Made by a program: the position numbers and the translations under genes. Shown in pieces: positions 55,292 through 64,000 of a DNA stretch of 64,000 bases. Source of the stretch: the human T2T-CHM13v2.0 reference genome, Homo sapiens; NCBI RefSeq assembly GCF_009914755.1, contig NC_060925.1; one strand, given 5' to 3'. Below the pieces are notes generated by a model that was given only the letters and a program-made list of their open reading frames with translations, searched no databases and was not told the origin of the DNA. How positions within the stretch are numbered: position 1 is the stretch's first letter; every line of letters starts with the position of its first letter.

Positions 55292-56889
55292 TTCAAGTCC
55301 TGCCTTGTAAAATGCAGTACTCCATTTTCCCAAAGAGATCCCAAGGGAAACTTAACTACAGGATAAAGACAGACAAAAGGACATAAATTACAACTACTCT
55401 AGGTTCACATATTATTTTGTTTCTGAAATGGGTTTTAAAATATCTATGTCAGAGTTCATTTCTAGAACTTTATCTCTAGAAAACATATTTTCACTTCTCA
55501 ATACAGGAAAATGGAGATTGGAAAAATGAGGTTGGAAAATGATTTCCATGCTTATCTCTCAGCTTCTTTTTTCAACTTCCCTTTTTTCATCTCCGTATCT
55601 TCACTGATACCTAGGAATCTCTGTTACATCACAGTCTTCAAGAGCTTTGCTCACAGCGAATTAGTTAAGACATTAGCTTTCAAAAGTATATGATATTCTC
55701 TCACAAGCATTTGTCTACTTTTAATAGGGCAAGCTATGTAAAGATGTTAAATCTCATTCCAGAAATACCACATCTACTCTACCTATTTATGAGAACAGTC
55801 GTCTCTAGACGAAGATAGAAATTCATAGTTAGGAAATAAATCCCTGTAGGGTTTTTCCACAGTCCCAACATGTCCCCTACTGTCCCGATTTTAGCAACAA
55901 AAATCCCCCATCCAGAAAATCCTTCATTCCTGAGTAAGTTGAAAGATTGGTCACCCTATTTCTATCTGTGTCTCTTTCTTTCATAATTGGCTCATAATCA
56001 TAGCAGTCACAATTTTGAAAAATTTTATTTTACTGAATTACTCATTGCTGTTTTCTCATTTTTTAAATAATAAACACTTATTAAGAAACATTGGAAATAT
56101 ACCGAAAATAGTAAACAATAAAACAGAAACCATTGGCAGAAATCGTCACTATTAAAATCTTAATATACTCCCTTCCAATGTTGTTTCTGTTAATGCAAAT
56201 TGAAAAATCAGAGATTCGCCTCTGTGAACTAGATCTCTTTTTACCTTTAGATATTATTTGACAAATACATAGCTCAATCATCTATCCAAACTTCTCTTTT
56301 ACAGACTCCATGCCAATTAACCTTCTCCTATGAAACTATTATTTCTTCACATAGGATAAATATGGTTATTGACACACAAACTTTCTTAGTTACACTGCAA
56401 TCCAGTTGTGCGTCCCTAAATTTATACCAATTGGATTTAGAATGATCATTACTAAAGAGGCTTGGCCTTATCTCTTGCAATTTGCTTCTTCCTTCTTAAA
56501 TTCAATTCTTGTAATGTAACTATAATTTGGGGGTATCTTTTTGCCTCATATTCAAGTTCTCTTTCAAACTGAGGTACATTTCTGTATTTCTGTATTTGTA
56601 TATTGCATATAATAGTATAGAAAACAATAATGAGATTATAGTGTACATAAAAGTTTTGAAGTATAATTAAATATTTAATATATAAATATATTAAATATGG
56701 GCTGCTGACTCACCAAGCCTGGTTTGGCTTCCATCACTTGTGTAATCAATCACCTGTATTAAATCACCTCTGCTTGAAAGACGAAGAATAGTTTCTGATT
56801 TATAAGCAAACACTGAAAGCTCTTCTATTTCTTGTTTGCTAAACAAGATTTGTCAAAGTTAAATATTTTATTTTATTGAATTCACTTTT

Positions 56890-57350
56890 TGCCTCTCCTA
56901 CAATGATGATTTGCTTTTCCTCCTTTAACTTGTTAATGTGATGAATTATACATAGTTTTTTTTTCTATTGTTAGAAATCCTTGCATTCATGGAACAAACA
57001 CAATTTTCATACTATATTATCTTTTTTATAGACTTCTAAACTTAATTTGCTAACTTTTAATTTAAAATGTTTGCCGTTAGGTTCATGAGGAAAGTTGGCA
57101 TGTAATTTTCCTGTCTTACACATTTCTCATATAACATTGGTATCAAGGTTGTACTGGCCTCATAAAATGAATGAACAAATGGACCTTTTTTTATTCTGGA
57201 GTTGTTTTTATAAAATGGAAATAATCCATTTCTTGAAAACATTTGATAGAACTCACCAGTAAAAATGTCTGGGCCTGCTGGTTCTCTTCTTCTAAGAAGA
57301 ATTTGGAACTTATAATTAAAGCTCCTTTAATGTGTTAGAAAACTTTCCAG
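56890..57350 (-). mobile_element. Ancient L1M ORF2-region fragment
   Basis: ggtatcaaggttgtactggcctcataaaatga ... tagaactcaccagtaaaaatgtctgggcctg; the - strand peptide HSFYEASTTLIP resembles L1 ORF2. Confidence 0.65.
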
Positions 57351-59943
57351 GTTTCCTTGAACATTAATAAATTCCAATGACGAAAAGCCCTCAGATATTA
57401 AATATAACCTTAAATATAACCTTCCCCCGATTCAATTTTTCTTTTGCAGATATGATTAGATACTCTAATTTTTCAACCTCTATTTCACATATCCATTTTC
57501 CTTTCCTCCTCTGTACTGTCTTCAGCATAATTTGTTTAGTCTAACTTCCAACTCACTTATTTTCTTTTTGGTTCTATCCAATATTGTGTTTAACCTGTCC
57601 ATTTAGTTTTTAATTTTCATTATATTTTTTATTTCTAAAAGATCTCTTAAATTCAGTTTCAATCTGCTTAATATAAGATACATACACTGTCTCAATTTAT
57701 ATTCCTGGCACACCTCATTGATTTTTTAAACATATTAAACACAGCTTTTATAGTTATATAATCATCCTAATATCTGAAATCTTTATGGGCATAATTCTGT
57801 TTCTGCTCATGATGTTTATTTCCTCATGAGTTTTGTAAGAGTCTTACTTTTTTCTCATTTTGGATGAAATTTTACCTGTGGCCATTCTTTGAGACATGGG
57901 CTGAATGTGGGTTTCTCCAAAGACACTTTGCCTTCGTCTTGTGTTTGGTGGTAATACCAACATGGGATAACTATAAAATAAATTATCAGTTTCATGTGTG
58001 GGTTTTTTCTAACTTATACTTACAGTGAAAATTTAAACCACAAATTCATGTGAAGATGGCCTTCTCATTTTTCCTCTAAATAGCACCGAGTTTGAGGCAG
58101 GAAAATTTCCTGGTTGTCTCCCGCTGAGGAACAGGTTTTTATCTAGTTTATCCTTTCACTGCAATTATAGTCCTTCGTATCTCTGGCTTTCAGCAGTTTT
58201 CTCCTGTAAGACTGCTATACTGGGCAGGCACTAGGTTTTGTCTCACACTCTCCCATATCCCAGGTGGTCATAAAAATTGAAGCTCAGGGTACTAGGGCCA
58301 GGACTGTCCTTATGGAAGCTTCTGGTTTGGGGGTCTGCATACCTCTCTGGATTTATGTATTCTCCTTATGCTTGGCCTATGTGGTTCACCTTAGTTTCTA
58401 TTCAAGTCAGTAATATACTTTTGAAAAATGACATGTACATTTTATCTGGTATTTGTAGATTTCATATAGCAGCATAGTGATTCAGCAAATTTAGCCTACC
58501 ACAATGCTGGGAATAGAATTCCCCTAATTTTTGAAAACATTATATCAAATCATGTTTATTGCCATTAATAGTCTTATAAATGTGCTTTTAAGTAACTGCA
58601 TTTTGTCATAGTTCATTGTGATTGTATATTTAACTAGTTCACCCCTACCTCATGTTTTTTGGGAGTGAAGGTTGTACTCAACTCATTATGTTAAGTAATA
58701 CTACAGTAAACATCAATCTATACATGCATTAATAATGATTTCCAAGAAAGTAGTGACACATGGTCATAATCATCTTTGAGGCTGATGGTACATATTTTCA
58801 AATTGCATCTCAGAAATAATATACCAATCTGTGCTCTAATCAGCCGCATATGAAAGTGTCATCTTTCTGTTCTCCAACCAATACAACTACTACTGTTTTT
58901 ATACCTACAAATCTGACAAAGATGGGAGAAGGGATCTTATAGTTTCAATTTGTATTTCTTTGGTGACCAATGTACTAAATTACTCAATGTACTAAATTAC
59001 TCTTTTCCTGTTTATCATCCATTTCAAACAAAATGTAAACCATTTTTTAAATTTTTTTATATTAATGCAAATTGTAAATCACTACTTTATTTATTCAACT
59101 TCCTAAGCAAAATTATATGTTGTCCCATTTATACATTTTATATTAGATCATTCTGCCTTACATTTATATCCTAAAAACTGTCAGAATTATATAATAATGA
59201 TGAACAGTTGATTATAAATAATGTCTTTATTAGGATATTTCTCCATAAATCTAAATTTCATCAATCTTTCTTTAAATATCTCTACACAATGTCCTCTTGT
59301 ATTATATTAATAATTGCAGATACACTTCTTTTTGCTATTTCTATTAATTCTTTCCTATTCCTATTGTCTGTTAGTCTCCCATTTTCTCCCATAAAATAAA
59401 TAAAAATTTTTCTATCAGATTCTGTGATATATTACTTCTTATTCCCAGCCTTCAACATTTTAAGAATTCAGATTGACCTTTTCTCCCATTCTTATTTCAA
59501 GTTGTCAGCATGTCGATACTTGGGAAATCTCATCAAGTGTTTAACAGTGCATACCTTACTGATTCATTATTTATTGCAATTTAATCTTTCTTATTTTCAT
59601 TCAACTTTTTTCTCAGTAATACAACTTTTTCAAGCTTTTTATTTTCTAATGCATTTCTCCAAATAGCAGCCATAACCCTTATATGCCCTCTTTCAATGAC
59701 AACAACAAAAGTGTGCTAGGCTTCTTGGAAGAAAATAATGATATCAATTCAAGAAGGAGAAAATTGATGTACTGATAAACAAATGGGCATCTTAGGATCA
59801 TGTTTCTCACAAGTAAGGCAGTTCCAGAAATTCCTAGGACCATAATGGGTTTTATTCTAAATAGGTTAAACATATCACTTAAAAAATTGTTTTCTACAGT
59901 TCTCTAATATTGCTTACAATTGTCCACGTTTCCATGTTTATAA

Positions 59944-60316
<373 letters not shown>

Positions 60317-60852
60317 TAATACCATCAGCTTGACTTGAGGCCCTGTCTGAAAGCAGACTCAGAATCTGCAATTTATCAGGATCCCCAGGTAATTTGTATG
60401 TGCAGTCTAGTTTGGTAGATCTGCTCTGGCAGACTGGAAGACTCTTCTATCTGCCTCACGTAAGGTGCAGGTGACATAATTAGGTAATCAAGCAAAAGAT
60501 CACATATTTTAATAAGAAAGAGACACTGGCTATTATTTTGAGTAGCAAAACAGGTTATTCAGTCCCAGTTTAAAATGGAAATGACAGAGACCAAGATGAA
60601 GATTTTTAATTTGAGATGTGCCTGCGATGCAATTACATTTGCTGAATGAAACTGCTTCAGTAATTAGATGCAGGTTTCTTCTCTCTTCTTTTTGAGATGT
60701 AAAGAAGACACAATAGACTCATGGAACTTAAAGAACTAGACGCCAGCTAACAAAACATGCTATCCAGACTCTTTCGTTTCACCATATTGCTTTCTTGAAA
60801 ACATAGGACAGTGCCAGTTTAGCACTGAAAAAAATCAGTTCTCCTAATTCTA

Positions 60853-61082
<230 letters not shown>

Positions 61083-61895
61083 AACTGTAATTTCATTTCA
61101 GAAGTTTTATAGGGTACTATTTCCAATTCTTTTTTTCTTACTCCATTAAAGTGTAATTAGCAGTATGTGAAAATTTCCACTTTATCCTCAATCAGAAGCC
61201 TCTCCTTCCAATTAGCATATATTTTTTCTATTAACTTTGTAAAGTGGGATTCTTGTTTTATACATACCCCTGGAAAGTATACTTAAACTGTGAGACCCTG
61301 GGATTTTATATTTCCAAATAGAAGATACCATCCTCTTGTATCACAAAATGTACCTAAGATGGTTTGGATTATATTTAAATATTCTTGAATGAAATAGACT
61401 TACTGACTGAAGCCAATTATTATATTTTTCCACACCAAAATAAATGCAATAGGAAAAGATGACAGTTCTATGTAGTATTCCTGCTTCCATATTGCACAAA
61501 TTAGAAACATACATATTCTATTATGTTACAGGGTCTAGGGCTTTGGGAGGACAAGGCTGCAGGCAGCCGAGATTGTGCCGCTGCACTCCATCCTGGGCGA
61601 CAGAGTGAGACCTTTTCTCAATAATAATAATAAAAGTAAAAAGAAATATAATATTTAATCAATATATGCACACACATGGGTTTATCATGACACACATGAC
61701 ATGTGTGTACAGTGAAAAAAATGAGTAAATCTAGAAACCTGTATTGCCTCAATAGCTAGCTAAGTACTTCAATATGCATGTTTATTTCAACAATTTTGTG
61801 TTAAGCTTCAGTGGTAAATAAGCAGAGTACACTGACCATAATGAATACTTCTTTTGATGAGGGTTATCACTACACAATTAAAATATTACATAGTT

Positions 61896-62183
<288 letters not shown>

Positions 62184-62184
<1 letters not shown>

Positions 62185-62302
62185 TATATAATAATAAATA
62201 TATATATATATTATATATAATCAATATAAATATAATATATAATAAATATATAATATGTATTATACATATAATAAATATATATATTATATATAATAAATAT
62301 AT
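62184..62302. repeat. (TA)n-like AT-only low-complexity tract
   Basis: Read directly. Confidence 0.9.
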
Positions 62303-62940
62303 AGATGATATGGTTTAGAGTTAAATACTGACTGCTCTTGGGAACTTTGAGGTATTCTGAGGGATATAAATAACACGAAGAGAATAGCACATTGGCTTGA
62401 AGCAGATTAGAGTCTGCTACCTGCGTGAATACTTGCTTTTCATGAACTATGAGGATGCCCTTAGCTTTTGAACCACTTCTACTTGTGTTGAAATTTACCC
62501 TTTAATTTTGGGGTTTGACAGGCTCTGCCCTTCTGTTATGCTTGAGTCTGGCTTTTCCTACTCTGACTCACTTTGATTCTTGACCTCTGAATCTTATTCC
62601 TATTTTACAATAAACACACATCGCACATACGCCAATTAGTAGAGTGGAAGAGGGAAAAATTGCCAAGGAACTATGTTTAATTTTGTTCCTTTCGCAAACC
62701 AGACACCATAACAGAAAAATTTTAGGAACATGTGCATGTTCAGTAGCCTTCAATGCAATTATACTGGTTATTAAAAAGTGTTGGATAATCAATATTTTTT
62801 AAAGATTCACTAGTCCCTTCTGATAATTTTAGAACTTTGGGAAGTAATAATACAAATGTATTTTTAGCTGTGTCCTTTAATCTTTTACTGTTTCCTCTAT
62901 GTGTGGTGTTTGGTTTGTGTGTGTGTGATAATTATTATAA

Positions 62941-63291
<351 letters not shown>

Positions 63292-64000
63292 TGCATGACC
63301 TTTTAACTTGTCTCATACACTCAATATTCTCAAGATATACCTTCCAAAGTGCAAAATTATGGCACTTTGCAGCCCTGACCACTAACTAAGAACTTTGATG
63401 CTTTGGATTTTGGAGACCTCATTTTATCACCTGGGCCTTTTACTTCATGACTTGTCATGCTGCCACATTTTGATGGGATTGAGATCAAGATAATAATTCC
63501 CAACTGGTCAGGAATATTGTGCCCCTTTGTTTTTATATCCAGATGCAATAGAGCCTCTGACACACCACTACTATTGTTCTTAGGATTTGGAACAAAATGC
63601 TTCTTTCTTTGACAAAATAAATGTTTTCTTTAAAGAACTCTTGATTGATCCTGGACCATTGTAGAAACTGAAGTCCTATCAATGCAAAAAAAATATGAAA
63701 ACATGAGCTGCTTATCATGAAATAAGTGTTTTCCAATTAACTATCCTGCTTCATCAGCAGGTAGGAATAATAGAATCTATACCTATGTCTTCATGGGAAG
63801 TTCTCTATGGCCAGTTGATTAGTGAGGGAAAAATTGAGCCTGATTTACAGAAGTCACTGTACAACATCACAGCAGCAGCCAAAAGTAGATTGCTTAGGCA
63901 TTATAACCTACGTGAATGCAATTTTAAAAGAAATTCAGCCTATGTAATTGGTTGTCCACGATGTCTAGAAGGAGAGATATTATTGATGTATATGTGGCAG

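Noticed and set aside
54936-55366. K/E/R-rich and F/L/S-rich ORFs of 116-129 aa
   Set aside because: Translations of the polypurine microsatellite.

Overview
Primate DNA, almost certainly human chromosome 1 segmental-duplication territory (1q21/1p11 NBPF region). Bases 1-18 kb are the 3' end of an NBPF gene on the + strand. They contain 21 exons with canonical GT-AG sites encoding 11 Olduvai (DUF1220) domains, arranged as near-identical ~4.7-kb HLS1-HLS2-HLS3 triplets and ending in a CON3 domain, a stop at 16340 and a poly(A) signal at 17940. The last triplet has lost HLS3 through an in-frame ~1.56-kb deletion whose 17-bp junction is readable at 14836-14852. Downstream on the - strand are an intact tRNA-Asn(GTT) gene and a variant U1 snRNA gene. 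The U1 variant keeps its promoter and its 5' splice-site-pairing end but is mutated in the U1-70K loop, the U1A loop and next to the Sm site. A perfect 24-bp inverted repeat lies just past the NBPF 3' end. The remaining ~36 kb is AT-rich, repeat-filled sequence with no recognisable gene (Alu, L1PA, near-full-length Tigger2, MaLR/ERV1 LTRs, MER5, microsatellites). I could not identify the exact NBPF/RNVU1 paralog. Repeat subfamily names come from recalled consensus sequences, not a search. Most of the biology is known; possible novelty lies in the paralog- or haplotype-specific details listed as findings.
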